Positions 41,346 through 50,834 of a stretch of DNA of 64,000 nucleotides are shown in pieces. The DNA lies in the NCBI GenBank assembly GCA_938084645.1, contig CALKEP010000054.1, forward strand, positions 1 through 64,000, written 5' to 3'. The DNA comes from an uncultured Phycisphaerales bacterium. Its GTDB lineage: Bacteria; Planctomycetota; Phycisphaerae; Phycisphaerales; SM1A02. A program made the translations under genes and the position numbers. Positions within the stretch are counted from its first letter, which is position 1; each line of letters begins with the position of its first letter. The notes beneath the pieces are model-generated. The model had not been told where the DNA came from. It worked only from the letters and a program-made list of their open reading frames with translations, and ran no database searches.

Positions 41346-41484
41346 CGGTCGCCTCCATCCGGGTTCCTCGCCGTTCACGCGTGGCGAGGATACCCGACTA
41401 TCCCCTGCCTCCCCGGGGGACTACCATCCTCCTCCCGTCGTCGCGTGACGACGTCGTCCCTTCCGGAACACCGGAGCAGATTCG

Positions 41485-42333
41485 ATGAACAGTCTCGTCC
41501 TCCTCGCAGCCTCGGCCATCCTCATGACCTCGACCCCCGAAACCACCGATTACACGACCATCCCGCCCGATCCCTACGAAGTCGAGCAGCGTCTCGCCGC
41601 TGCGCCGGTCAACGCCCAGGAGGCCGTGAAGCAGGCGGAGGAGAAGACCGGCGGTACGGTCCGCAGCCTCAGTTGTCGTTTCGACGGGGAAGCCGTCGCC
41701 TACGAGCTGATGGTGACCCGCAACGGCGTGCCCACCAAGGTGATCGTCGACGGCGCCAGCGGCAAGGTCACCGCACCGATGATCTCGATCCCCGAGGCGA
41801 TCCGCACCTCGACCGAGAAGGTCGACGGACTCGTCAAGGCGGTCTACTCGAACGACGATGCCGAACCTCCGACCATCACCACGGTGATCTACAACGATGG
41901 AAAGCGGCACGACATCGTGGTCGACGCGGTCTCCGGCGCCGTGGTGTCCGACACCCTCGTCCCGCGATTCCCCGGCGACGCGGTCGGAGACCGGGAGATG
42001 GTGACCCTTCCCAGCGGACTCAGTTACTTCGATCTCGAGGAAGGCGCCGGCGACAGCCCCGCCGGGCCGACGTCGAAGGTGAAGGTCCACTACACCGGCT
42101 GGCTCGTCGACGGCACCAAGTTCGACTCGTCGGTCGATCGCGGACAGCCCATCGAATTCGCCCTGAACGGGGTGATCAAGGGCTGGACCGAAGGCGTCGG
42201 CAGCATGCGAGCGGGCGGCAAGCGGAAGCTCGTCATCCCCTTCGATCTCGCCTACGGACCGTCGGGCCGTGGCCCGATCCCTCCGCGGGCGACCCTGATC
42301 TTCGATGTCGAACTGATCGACGTCGTGGATTGA
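41485..42333 (+). CDS. FKBP-type peptidyl-prolyl isomerase with two N-terminal PepSY-like domains
   Basis: Signal peptide; two repeats ending [10 protein letters not shown] and [14 protein letters not shown] core [39 protein letters not shown]. Confidence 0.9.
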   Translation: MNSLVLLAASAILMTSTPETTDYTTIPPDPYEVEQRLAAAPVNAQEAVKQAEEKTGGTVRSLSCRFDGEAVAYELMVTRNGVPTKVIVDGASGKVTAPMISIPEAIRTSTEKVDGLVKAVYSNDDAEPPTITTVIYNDGKRHDIVVDAVSGAVVSDTLVPRFPGDAVGDREMVTLPSGLSYFDLEEGAGDSPAGPTSKVKVHYTGWLVDGTKFDSSVDRGQPIEFALNGVIKGWTEGVGSMRAGGKRKLVIPFDLAYGPSGRGPIPPRATLIFDVELIDVVD

Positions 42334-42383
42334 TCGCGGGCGACCACGGTCGACCCCGATGACCGTGATTGCATGATGCACGA

Positions 42384-42424
42384 AAAGACGACGCGTCGAG
42401 CGGCCCGCTCGACGCGTCGTCTTT
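42384..42424. terminator. Probable bidirectional terminator between the convergent FKBP gene and rpiB
   Basis: Perfect 20-bp inverted repeat aaagacgacgcgtcgagcgg-c-ccgctcgacgcgtcgtcttt with A/T-rich ends. Confidence 0.75.
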
Positions 42425-42464
42425 CGTTTCCGGCCGTGGACCTGCCCCCGTCCACCGCACGGAA

Positions 42465-42935
42465 TCAGGGACGCATGGCGCGATACTCGTCGCCCCGCGC
42501 CTCGATCGCCAGGACCTTCTCGAGGCGACGCGCGTGGCGGGGCTCGCCGGTGTACGTCGCGGCGAGATAGCCTCTGACCATGTCCTCGGCGAGGGCGGAT
42601 CCGACGATGCGACCGCCGAGGACGAGGATGTTCATGTCGTCGTGCTCCACGCCCTGGTGCGCGGAGTAGTAGTCCTCGCAGTTGGCGGCCCGGATCCCCG
42701 GAACCTTGTTGGCCGCGACGCTCGCCCCCACGCCGGAACCGCAGAGCATCACGCCCCGGTCCGCTCGCCCGGTGATGATCTCGACCGCGACCTTCTCCGC
42801 GAAGTCGGGATAGTCGACGCTCTCGGTCGAGTCGGTTCCGACGTCGGTGATCTCGTGTCCGAGCGACTCGATGAAGACCTTGAGCGTCTCCTTCAGTTCG
42901 AAGCCGGCGTGATCCGATCCGATCGCGATCTTCAC
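42465..42935 (-). CDS. rpiB: Ribose-5-phosphate isomerase B
   Basis: IGSDHAG, DYPD, CGSGVG, ANKVPGIRA, RHARRL; GTGA overlap with tkt. Confidence 0.95.
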   Translation of the reverse strand: MKIAIGSDHAGFELKETLKVFIESLGHEITDVGTDSTESVDYPDFAEKVAVEIITGRADRGVMLCGSGVGASVAANKVPGIRAANCEDYYSAHQGVEHDDMNILVLGGRIVGSALAEDMVRGYLAATYTGEPRHARRLEKVLAIEARGDEYRAMRP

Positions 42936-45067
42936 GCGTCACCTCCCGCGACCCGGGCCATGGTCCGTTTCGCGGCTTCGACCACGTTCTCCGGCTCGAA
43001 TCCGAATTCCTTCTGCAGTTCCGCGATCGGGGCGCTCGCACCGAAGCGGGTCATGCCGATGATCTCGCCTTCCAGCCCCGCGTAGCGCTCCCAGCCGAAG
43101 GTCGCCGCCTGCTCCACGCAGACGCGGGCGCGAACCCCCGAAGGCAGCACCGATTCCCGGTACGCCTCGGACTGGCGTTCGAAGAGCGTCCAGCACGGGA
43201 GGCTGACCACCCGGCTTCGGATCCCCTCGCCTGCAAGGCGGTCGTGAGCTTCGAGGCACGGATGGACTTCACTCCCGGTCGCGATCAGCAGGACCTCGGG
43301 GGTTCCGTCGCAGTCCGCGAGGGTGTAGCCCCCCATCTCCACCCCTCGGGCCGACGCGTACTTCGTCCGGTCGAGGGTGGGCAGGTTCTGCCTCGAAAGC
43401 GCGAGCAACACCGGCTCGTGCTTCATCGGCATGAACACCCGCCAGCACTCCGCGACCTCGTTGGCATCGCAGGGGCGGAAGACCATGATGCCGGGCATCG
43501 CTCGAAGCGACGGGATCTGCTCGATCGGCTGATGCGTCGGGCCGTCCTCGCCGAGCCCGATGGAATCGTGCGTGAACACGTAGATCACCGGGATCTCCAT
43601 CAACGCCGCCAGGCGGATCGCCGCCCGGCAGTAGTCGCTGAAGATCAGGAATCCCGCACCGTAGGAACGCACCTTCGAGAGCGAGAGGCCGTTGCAGGCC
43701 GCCGCCATCGCGAACTCGCGAATGCCGAAGTGGAGGTTGCGACCGCCGTAGTCCCCGGGCGCCGACCCGAGCGCGTCCGGTCGCTGGAAACTGCCGGCCT
43801 CGGGATCGGTGATCAACGTCTTGGTGCTGGGCGCGAGGTCCGCGGCACCACCGATCAACCACGGCACCCGCCCCGCCACGGCGTTGAGCACCTTGCCGTT
43901 CGAGGAACGCGTGGCCATCCCCTTCGGGTCCGCGGGAAACGCCTCGATGTCGGCGTCCCAGTCGTCGGGCAGTTCACGCCGCTGCATCCGCAGGAGCTCC
44001 TCCGCGAGTTCGGGGTGCTCCACCCGGTAACGCTCGTAGAGATCGAACCACGCATCACGGGCGGTCCGGCCGCGGGCCCCGACCAGCTCCTGGAACCGCT
44101 CCATCACGCCGTCGGGAACGAGGAACTTCGCGTCGGGCGGCCAGCCGTAGGCCTCCTTGGCGAGCCGGATCTCCTCGACGCCGAGCGGTTCGCCGTGCGC
44201 CGAAGCGGTGTCCTGCTTGTGCGGCGCACCCCAGCCGATGTGGCTGTCGACGATGATCATCGTCGGCCGGTCGTTGGTCGTGTCGAAGGTCTCGAAGCAC
44301 TGGGTCAGTCGATCGACGTCGTTGGCATCGCCGACCCGGAGCACGTTCCAGCCGTAGGAGAGGAATCGCGTGGCGACGTCGTCGCCGTACGCGAGGTCGG
44401 TGTGCCCCTCGATCGTGATCTTGTTGTTGTCGTAGATCCAGCAGAGGTTGCTCAGGCCGAGGTGCCCGGCGAGCGACGCCGCTTCGTTGGAAACACCTTC
44501 CATCAGACATCCGTCGCCGCAGATCGCGAAGACGGAATAGTCGAAGAGATCGAAGCCCGGTCGGTTGTAGCGAGACGCCTTCCAGCGCGACGCCATGGCC
44601 ATGCCGACGCTGGTCGCGATCCCCTGCCCGAGCGGGCCGGTCGTGGTCTCGACGCCGCTGGTCCATCGATACTCCGGGTGGCCCGGGCACTTCGAATCCA
44701 GCTGACGGAACCGTTCGATGTCCTCGAGCCGCACCGCGGGGTCGCCGGTGATCTCGTACTTGGGGTTGACGGCCTTCACGCCCGCGAGATGCAGGAGGGA
44801 ATAGAGCAGCATGGACGCATGTCCGTTGCTGAGCACGAACCGGTCCCGATCGGGCCAGATCGGATCGGCGGGGTCGTACTTCAGCCGATGCTGCCAGAGG
44901 GCGTAGGCGACGGGCGCCAGCGCCATCGGGGTGCCCGGATGACCGCTGTTGGCGGCCTGCACCGCGTCCATCGACAGGGTTCGGATGGTGTTGATCGCGA
45001 GCGCGTCGATCGCGGGGACGTCGCCCGGCGTACCGGCGATCGGGTGGTCGGAACTCGTCGTGGTCAT
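42932..45067 (-). CDS. tkt: Transketolase
   Basis: [57 protein letters not shown] upstream. Confidence 0.97.
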   Translation of the reverse strand: MTTTSSDHPIAGTPGDVPAIDALAINTIRTLSMDAVQAANSGHPGTPMALAPVAYALWQHRLKYDPADPIWPDRDRFVLSNGHASMLLYSLLHLAGVKAVNPKYEITGDPAVRLEDIERFRQLDSKCPGHPEYRWTSGVETTTGPLGQGIATSVGMAMASRWKASRYNRPGFDLFDYSVFAICGDGCLMEGVSNEAASLAGHLGLSNLCWIYDNNKITIEGHTDLAYGDDVATRFLSYGWNVLRVGDANDVDRLTQCFETFDTTNDRPTMIIVDSHIGWGAPHKQDTASAHGEPLGVEEIRLAKEAYGWPPDAKFLVPDGVMERFQELVGARGRTARDAWFDLYERYRVEHPELAEELLRMQRRELPDDWDADIEAFPADPKGMATRSSNGKVLNAVAGRVPWLIGGAADLAPSTKTLITDPEAGSFQRPDALGSAPGDYGGRNLHFGIREFAMAAACNGLSLSKVRSYGAGFLIFSDYCRAAIRLAALMEIPVIYVFTHDSIGLGEDGPTHQPIEQIPSLRAMPGIMVFRPCDANEVAECWRVFMPMKHEPVLLALSRQNLPTLDRTKYASARGVEMGGYTLADCDGTPEVLLIATGSEVHPCLEAHDRLAGEGIRSRVVSLPCWTLFERQSEAYRESVLPSGVRARVCVEQAATFGWERYAGLEGEIIGMTRFGASAPIAELQKEFGFEPENVVEAAKRTMARVAGGDA

Positions 45068-45266
45068 TCCTGGCTCTCCTGCCTGCCTGCCTGATTTTCG
45101 GTGGGGAGCGCCTCGGCGGCCGACTCCGTCGGGCTGCATGGTACCGGGACGGGATTCTCCCGCTTGCGGGGGTTCTGACTGCGGTCGAATCCCCGAGATG
45201 GCCGATATCTCCGGAAGCCGCCCAGTCTCGTCAGGCGGATTCGAAGTCAACCGAAGGACCGAACCG

Positions 45267-45788
45267 ATGCGAACGCCGATGCTCCTCCTCACCGTCCTCG
45301 CCGCCGCCGGGTGCGCCAACACGAACCAGACCAGCGAGCCGATGATCTGGGCCGGCGCCATGCAGGACGAGAACTACGAAATCAAGGGCAAGCCCGAAGC
45401 CGGCGGCGGTGCGATGGCGGGATACAACGGCCCGGGAGGGGAAGTGAACCCACAGTCCCTCGAACAGCAGGCGATCGGCTCCCCCCAGGTCCACTACCAC
45501 TACCACACCCACCACCACTACCACCCCGGGGGGTCGTACTCGATCGCGGGTGCTCCGCACATGACGACGAGCTTCAACGGGTACGCCCATCCCGCGTACA
45601 TGGTCCCCCATCATGCGGCGATGCAGAACCCCGCGAGTCCCTACGCCCACAGTCCCAACGGCGGCAACGCCGCGAACCCCTACACCAGCGGCTGGCAGGG
45701 TGGAAACCCCTACTACCGGGGGGGCAGCTGGGCCCCGGGCGAGTTCAACCCCTGGGCCAACGACGGGGCCGGCTCGATCAACGAATGA
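45267..45788 (+). CDS. Low-complexity His/Tyr/Gly/Asn/Pro-rich lipoprotein
   Basis: Lipobox AAGC; GAAGGA upstream; HYHYHTHHHYH tract; GC-ending codon usage consistent with a real gene. Confidence 0.75.
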   Translation: MRTPMLLLTVLAAAGCANTNQTSEPMIWAGAMQDENYEIKGKPEAGGGAMAGYNGPGGEVNPQSLEQQAIGSPQVHYHYHTHHHYHPGGSYSIAGAPHMTTSFNGYAHPAYMVPHHAAMQNPASPYAHSPNGGNAANPYTSGWQGGNPYYRGGSWAPGEFNPWANDGAGSINE

Positions 45789-45874
45789 GTGCAGCTTCGG
45801 CCTGAGAACACCGGACGCCCTCGCAGGCCGACTGCGGGGGCGTCTTCGCATTGACCGAGTGGTACCGTGCCCGG

Positions 45875-48265
45875 ATGACGCCTTCCACGATCGTCGCCCT
45901 CCTGATCGCCGTCGCCACCGCCGCCGCGCCCGGGGTACCGATTCCGGAGACCGGCGTGCTCGCCTACCGGATCCTCGGTCCCGACGACGTCCCCGTGCCC
46001 GCCCGTCTCACCGTGCTCGCGCCGGACGTCGACCTCGTCGCGATGGGCGGCCCCTTCGGCGATCGTCACGCCGTGCGGGAGGACGTCTGCTACGCCCTCG
46101 ACGGCGTCGGTGAACTCGTCCTCCCCGCCGGCGACTGCGAACTGCTCGCCAGTCGCGGGATCGAGTGGAGCATCGATCGACGTCGGGTCGAGATCCCGGC
46201 CGGCGGGCGACTCGAGGTGGAGCTTCGAATCCAACCCGCCGTGGACACCACGGGACTGATCGGGGGCGATTTCCATCTGCACACGCTCACCCACTCCGGC
46301 CATGGCGATTCCAACATGCCCGAGCGGATCGTGAGCCTCGTCGGCGAGGGCGTCGACTTCGCGATCGCGACCGATCACAACCGGAACATCGACTACATCC
46401 CGACCATCGAGACCCTGGAGGCCGGTTCGCGGATCACCTCCATGGTCGGCAACGAACTGTCGACGCCGATCGGGCACTTCAACATCTTCCCGGTCGACCC
46501 GACGCGACCACCGATCCCCGCACGGCTCGCGGCTGCGCCACCGATGTTCCGGTTGATCCGGCTGGAGCCGAACGACCTCGGCGTCGTTCCGGTGATCCAG
46601 GTGAACCACCCGAGATGGGCGGGCATCGACTACTTCAGCCAGGTCGAACTCGACGAGACCACCGGCACCAGTTCCAATCCACGCTGGAGCGCCGACTTCG
46701 ACGCGATCGAGGTCCTGAACGAGAACGCGCTCTGGGGTTGGCGGGATCCCGCGGACGCGGATGGCGTCGACGTCGGCTCGCAGACGCACTCCTCGATGCT
46801 CGACTGGTACGCCCTGCTCGACACCGGACACCGTGCGATCGCCACCGGCAACTCCGACAGCCACTCCGTGAAAGCCAACTTCGCCGGCGTCCCCCGGAAC
46901 TACATGGGCTCGTCCACCGACGATCCGGGCGAGATCGATCCCCGGGAGATGATCGCGGCGATCCGCAGCGGTGACGTCGTGGTGACCAGCGGCCCGATCG
47001 TCCGCGCGTCGATTCCCGATCGTGGCCTGCATGACGATCCGCGAATGGCCTCCGTCGCCGCGGACGGCCGGGTCCGGATCGCGGTGGAGATCCAGGCCGC
47101 TCCCTGGATCGACGTCGACCGGATCCGGGTGATCCTCGACGGCGACGAGATCGATCGAATCCCCGTCGATCAGTCGCGCGATCGGATTCGCTACGAGGGG
47201 GAAATCGAGGTCCCCGTCGCCACCGACGGCTGGATCGTGCTCCTCGTCGAAGGCGACGATTCACTCGCCCCCGTGGTCGACGGCAAGAAGCGACCCGTCA
47301 TACCGGTCGCGATCGTCAACCCCTTTCGAATCGACGCGGATCTCGACGCGGCGTGGATGCCACCTCTGGAACGCGTGAAGCGACGGATCGCGACCATCAG
47401 CGTGGATCAGGTCGCTTCCGAATGGAGACTCGCCTCCGGCGCGGAACGACGGCGGATCATCGCGGCGATCAGGGCCACCGATGAACTCGATCCCGAAGTC
47501 CGACGTGCCTGGATCGAATCCGGCCTCACGGACGATTCCGACCAGTGGCGCGTGGTCCGACTCGGGGCGGTTCGAGCGGCGACGGGCACGCCGGCGTTCG
47601 CGGAGCGACTCGAGGCGATCATGACCGACGACGACGCGGACGACCGACTGGCCGCCGCCGCGCTCCGCGCCCTCGCGGCGAGCTCACCCGATCGCGCCGC
47701 CGTACGGCTCCAGCAGTTCATCGATCGACGCGGTGTCACGCCACTTCGCGACCTCGGGGACTCCGGCCTGAACGAAGTCGCGGGACCGGGCCCACGGGCA
47801 TGGATGGTGACGGGACCGTATCCCGCGGCCGAGGACCTCGAGGAATTCGCGCGGCGTTTCTCCCTGCTGCAGGATCCGCCCGAGACCACGGACGGCACCA
47901 GCGGCTGGGAGCGGAAGCGGACCCGTCCCAACGGCCTCCTCTCGTTTCTCGAAATCGCCGCCGATCCCGCGGCCACGGAGAACTCGGTCGCGATCGCGTC
48001 GGGCTGGATCATGTCCCCCGACGACACCACCGCGATCGTGGCCTTCGGTTCCGACGATGGCGCCGTCGTCATCGTGAACGACCGGACGATCCTCGTCGAT
48101 CGAACCACGCACGGCGCATCGCCCTTCGGTTCGATGCTGGAGGTGCCCCTTCGTCGTGGCCCGAACGCGGTGACCGTCGCGGTCGAGAACGGAAGCGGTG
48201 ATTTCGGGTTCCACTTCCGTCCGCTCGATCGTCGGCTCACGGTCATGACGTCGATCGACGATTGA
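45875..48265 (+). CDS. Exported PHP-type (CehA/McbA-like) metallohydrolase with helical and C-terminal beta-sandwich domains
   Basis: GDFHLHT, TDHN, GNE...GHFN, VNHP and GNSDSH motifs; GSDDG...LRRGPN C-terminal domain. Confidence 0.8.
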   Translation: MTPSTIVALLIAVATAAAPGVPIPETGVLAYRILGPDDVPVPARLTVLAPDVDLVAMGGPFGDRHAVREDVCYALDGVGELVLPAGDCELLASRGIEWSIDRRRVEIPAGGRLEVELRIQPAVDTTGLIGGDFHLHTLTHSGHGDSNMPERIVSLVGEGVDFAIATDHNRNIDYIPTIETLEAGSRITSMVGNELSTPIGHFNIFPVDPTRPPIPARLAAAPPMFRLIRLEPNDLGVVPVIQVNHPRWAGIDYFSQVELDETTGTSSNPRWSADFDAIEVLNENALWGWRDPADADGVDVGSQTHSSMLDWYALLDTGHRAIATGNSDSHSVKANFAGVPRNYMGSSTDDPGEIDPREMIAAIRSGDVVVTSGPIVRASIPDRGLHDDPRMASVAADGRVRIAVEIQAAPWIDVDRIRVILDGDEIDRIPVDQSRDRIRYEGEIEVPVATDGWIVLLVEGDDSLAPVVDGKKRPVIPVAIVNPFRIDADLDAAWMPPLERVKRRIATISVDQVASEWRLASGAERRRIIAAIRATDELDPEVRRAWIESGLTDDSDQWRVVRLGAVRAATGTPAFAERLEAIMTDDDADDRLAAAALRALAASSPDRAAVRLQQFIDRRGVTPLRDLGDSGLNEVAGPGPRAWMVTGPYPAAEDLEEFARRFSLLQDPPETTDGTSGWERKRTRPNGLLSFLEIAADPAATENSVAIASGWIMSPDDTTAIVAFGSDDGAVVIVNDRTILVDRTTHGASPFGSMLEVPLRRGPNAVTVAVENGSGDFGFHFRPLDRRLTVMTSIDD

Positions 48266-48278
48266 CCGACGAACGAAT

Positions 48279-48314
48279 GAACCGCGGGAGGACGTGTCCG
48301 TCCCCCCGCGGTTC
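48279..48314. terminator. Hairpin between the convergent metallohydrolase and chitinase genes
   Basis: gaaccgcgggaggacg-tgtc-cgtccccccgcggttc near-perfect stem. Confidence 0.6.
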
Positions 48315-48343
48315 GCATCGATCGACTCGCGATCACGCTGGTT

Positions 48344-50242
48344 TCACTTCGCCATCACGGTCTCGGCGATCAGATCGACGAGCCCCTGCCCGCGATCCCC
48401 CGTGATCTCCCAGTACATCACGCCTCCGAGCCCGAGGTCGCGCAGGTAGTCGAGCTTGTACTGGATCGACTCCTGGTCGTCGTAGGAGATGAAGTGGCCG
48501 CCGAAACGACTGGGTGAGTGCAGGTACGGGACCTTGGAGACGTCGTCCCAGTACCGGGTGTATTCCCCGGACTGAAGCAACTGCAGGATGCCGTCGCGGC
48601 CGGTTCCCGCGGCGTCGAAGTCGCTCACGCCGGTCGCGCCACTCGTGCCGTCGTCCCAGGTGCCTGCGGGCACCGAGGAGGCCGGCTGGAAGAGTCCGCC
48701 GGTGCCACCCTCGGCGACACCACCCCAGGCGCGACCGTAGATCGGCAGGCCCATCACGAGCTTCGCCGGATCGACTCCGCCGGCGAGGTAGCCCTGGATC
48801 ACGTGATCCACGGTGTACTTCTCGGCGATCTCGGGATCACCCGGATCGTCCGGATTCGAGTACAGCGGGGAATGATGTCCGGTGTTCGTCAGGTCCCACG
48901 CGCCGCGCAGGTCGTACGTCATCACGTTGACGAAGTCGAGAATCTCACCCAGGCGGTCGAGTTCGAGATGACGGTACTTGTCGAAGCCCGCGGGCGCGGC
49001 GATCGACAGTTCGTAGTGGACACCATCCTCGGCCCCCGCCACGTCGAGTCGGTCTCGGAGTTCCTGAAGCAGGAGCGTGTAGTTCACGCCATCCTCCGGA
49101 CGGTAGACGTTGCTCGCGAGGCCGCCTTCCACCGGGTACTCCCAGTCGATGTCGACACCATCGAAGTTGTAGTACCGCATGAACTCGACGCAGCTCTCCG
49201 CGAAGATCGACCTCGACGCCTCCGTCAACGCGACGTCGCTGAATCGACCGGAAAGCGTCCACCCACCGACCGAGATCATGGTCTTCAGGTGCGGGTGTTC
49301 CGGCTTGTGGACGTTGTTGATCTGGTTGATCAGACCGCGATAGGGCTGATCCCACGTGTCGCCGGGGAAGGACTTGTCGATCGCCGCGTACTCGTCGAAC
49401 AACGCGATTCGGCCGTCCGGCGCGATGTCGGCGAACGCGTAGTTGAGGTGCGTGATCTTCTCGTAGGGAATGTCGGCTGGCTGGAAGTTGCGACCGTAGG
49501 TCCCCCACTCGATGTAGTAGGCCACGACGCGGCCATCGATCACCTCCGGACATTCGCCCCAGGACGCGAGGAAGAAACCGAGATCGCCGCCGTCGACGAC
49601 GCCGCTTCCATCGAGATCCGCCTCGCCGGGACCGCCCCAGGCGGAAAGCAGGATGCCGAGGTCGCCGCCGTTCACGGAACCGGACCCATCGAGATCCGCC
49701 GGGCAGGGATCGAAGGACGGCGGATCGCCGCCACGACCATCGTCGCCGCCGCCGTCATCACCGCCGCCGCCGTCGTCACCGCCGCCGCCACCGTCACCGC
49801 CGCCGCCACCGTCACCGCCGCCGCCGTCACCACCGCCGGTCCCGTCCCCGTAGACGAGGGTGACCGGCGCCCCGTTGAGCGTGGCACCGGTGATGTCACC
49901 GATGAACGCACCGACGCCGGAGTACCCGAGTTCGATCTCCGAACCGGGTGCGATCGTGGCGTTCCAGTCGAGATGATCGAGCGTGGTCACGACGCCTTCG
50001 ACGTTCCAGACCGCGTTCCAGAGCGAGCTCATTTCGGGCCCGTTCTCGTATCGAAGTCGCCAACCGTCGATCGCCGACGTTCCGGTGTTCCGGATGAGGA
50101 TCGCTCCGGTGTGCCCACCATCCCACGCGCTGGGAACCTCGAAGGTGACCGTGACGTCCGACGCCGATGCGCCGGCGGTGCCGAGCGCGAACGCGAGCGC
50201 CGGAATCCGGACCAAGCGGCCGATGTTGATTCGATGCTTCAT
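48344..50242 (-). CDS. GH18 chitinase: signal peptide, CBM2-like domain, Gly/Asp linker, dockerin-like repeat, GH18 domain
   Basis: SVGGW and FDGVDIDWEYP (DxxDxDxE), VMTYDL, GVMYWE; CBM2-type SAWDGG...GW...LWNA...WNATI; CPADLDGSGSVNGGDLG duplicated. Confidence 0.93.
   Translation of the reverse strand: MKHRINIGRLVRIPALAFALGTAGASASDVTVTFEVPSAWDGGHTGAILIRNTGTSAIDGWRLRYENGPEMSSLWNAVWNVEGVVTTLDHLDWNATIAPGSEIELGYSGVGAFIGDITGATLNGAPVTLVYGDGTGGGDGGGGDGGGGGDGGGGGDDGGGGDDGGGDDGRGGDPPSFDPCPADLDGSGSVNGGDLGILLSAWGGPGEADLDGSGVVDGGDLGFFLASWGECPEVIDGRVVAYYIEWGTYGRNFQPADIPYEKITHLNYAFADIAPDGRIALFDEYAAIDKSFPGDTWDQPYRGLINQINNVHKPEHPHLKTMISVGGWTLSGRFSDVALTEASRSIFAESCVEFMRYYNFDGVDIDWEYPVEGGLASNVYRPEDGVNYTLLLQELRDRLDVAGAEDGVHYELSIAAPAGFDKYRHLELDRLGEILDFVNVMTYDLRGAWDLTNTGHHSPLYSNPDDPGDPEIAEKYTVDHVIQGYLAGGVDPAKLVMGLPIYGRAWGGVAEGGTGGLFQPASSVPAGTWDDGTSGATGVSDFDAAGTGRDGILQLLQSGEYTRYWDDVSKVPYLHSPSRFGGHFISYDDQESIQYKLDYLRDLGLGGVMYWEITGDRGQGLVDLIAETVMAK
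49741..49838. repeat. Tandem 15-18-nt repeats encoding the GGGGD linker of the chitinase
   Basis: ccgccgcc(a/g)ccgtca-type units repeated about 6 times. Confidence 0.8.
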
Positions 50243-50380
50243 GATCGTTCTCCACATGCCCCTGAAGAATTCCGCCCGGCGTCGAACCGGACGGCGAATC
50301 GACTCATACGCGATCACGATTCCGAAGGATCGCCCAAGATGGGGATCTTCATGATGTCGGAATGCGGATGCCGTCGCTCC

Positions 50381-50417
50381 AAAAATGGACGAACGACGCG
50401 ATGTCGCGCCGTTCGCC
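50381..50417 (-). terminator. Intrinsic terminator ~140 nt upstream of the chitinase start
   Basis: Minus strand ggcgaacggcgcg-acat-cgcgtcgttcgtc followed by cattttt; its G-U pairs work only on the minus strand. Confidence 0.6.
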
Positions 50418-50446
50418 GCCTCTTCTCCTACTGCCACGCTGCCGTG

Positions 50447-50624
50447 GGATCCCCCTCAGGCCGGAAGGGCTCACCCCGAATTCGATCGGCCCGTGTGTGC
50501 CGATCGATCATCTCGTTCCACTGGAAGACTTCGATCTGAGGGTCGCCCCCGGCAGGTCCGACCGTCAACTCCTTCCAGTTCCTCGGAACAGGAGATGATT
50601 CGAGTCCCGGCCCGAGGGGGTTCG
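50447..50624 (-). ncRNA. Candidate ~180-nt rod-like structured RNA (6S-like or novel leader)
   Basis: Nested stems: 50451-50466 with 50605-50620, 50507-50528 with 50571-50599, terminal ggtcg/cgacc, plus side hairpin 50483-50506; G-U pairs favour the minus strand. Confidence 0.5.
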
Positions 50625-50834
50625 AGACGATTCCGGCGGAATTGGAGAATCGACGCCTATCGACTTTAAACCGGGGTGATTTCCGGGATTTCTTTCGAGC
50701 CGCGTGCGGACGATCCCGTGGCGGACGGGGACGGCGAACGACGCGGCATCGGACTACCCTGATCCTCGCATGTCGATGAATCGCGGCACGACCACCAGGA
50801 CACGGGGCCGAACCTCCCGAACCGGAGCAGACGG

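Noticed and set aside
43244..45094. 616-aa plus-strand ORF (similar ones lie over hrpB, acnA, the chitinase and 60341-61891)
   Set aside because: Antisense shadows of well-supported genes.
50455..50475. tcaggccggaaggg resembling SRP RNA domain IV
   Set aside because: Lacks the following AGCAG motif, and the segment pairs in a longer stem favoured on the opposite strand.
50545..50580. GACCTGCC and GGAAGG resembling a cobalamin riboswitch 3' end
   Set aside because: The upstream GGGAA/GGTG/CCCGCAACTGT core is absent.
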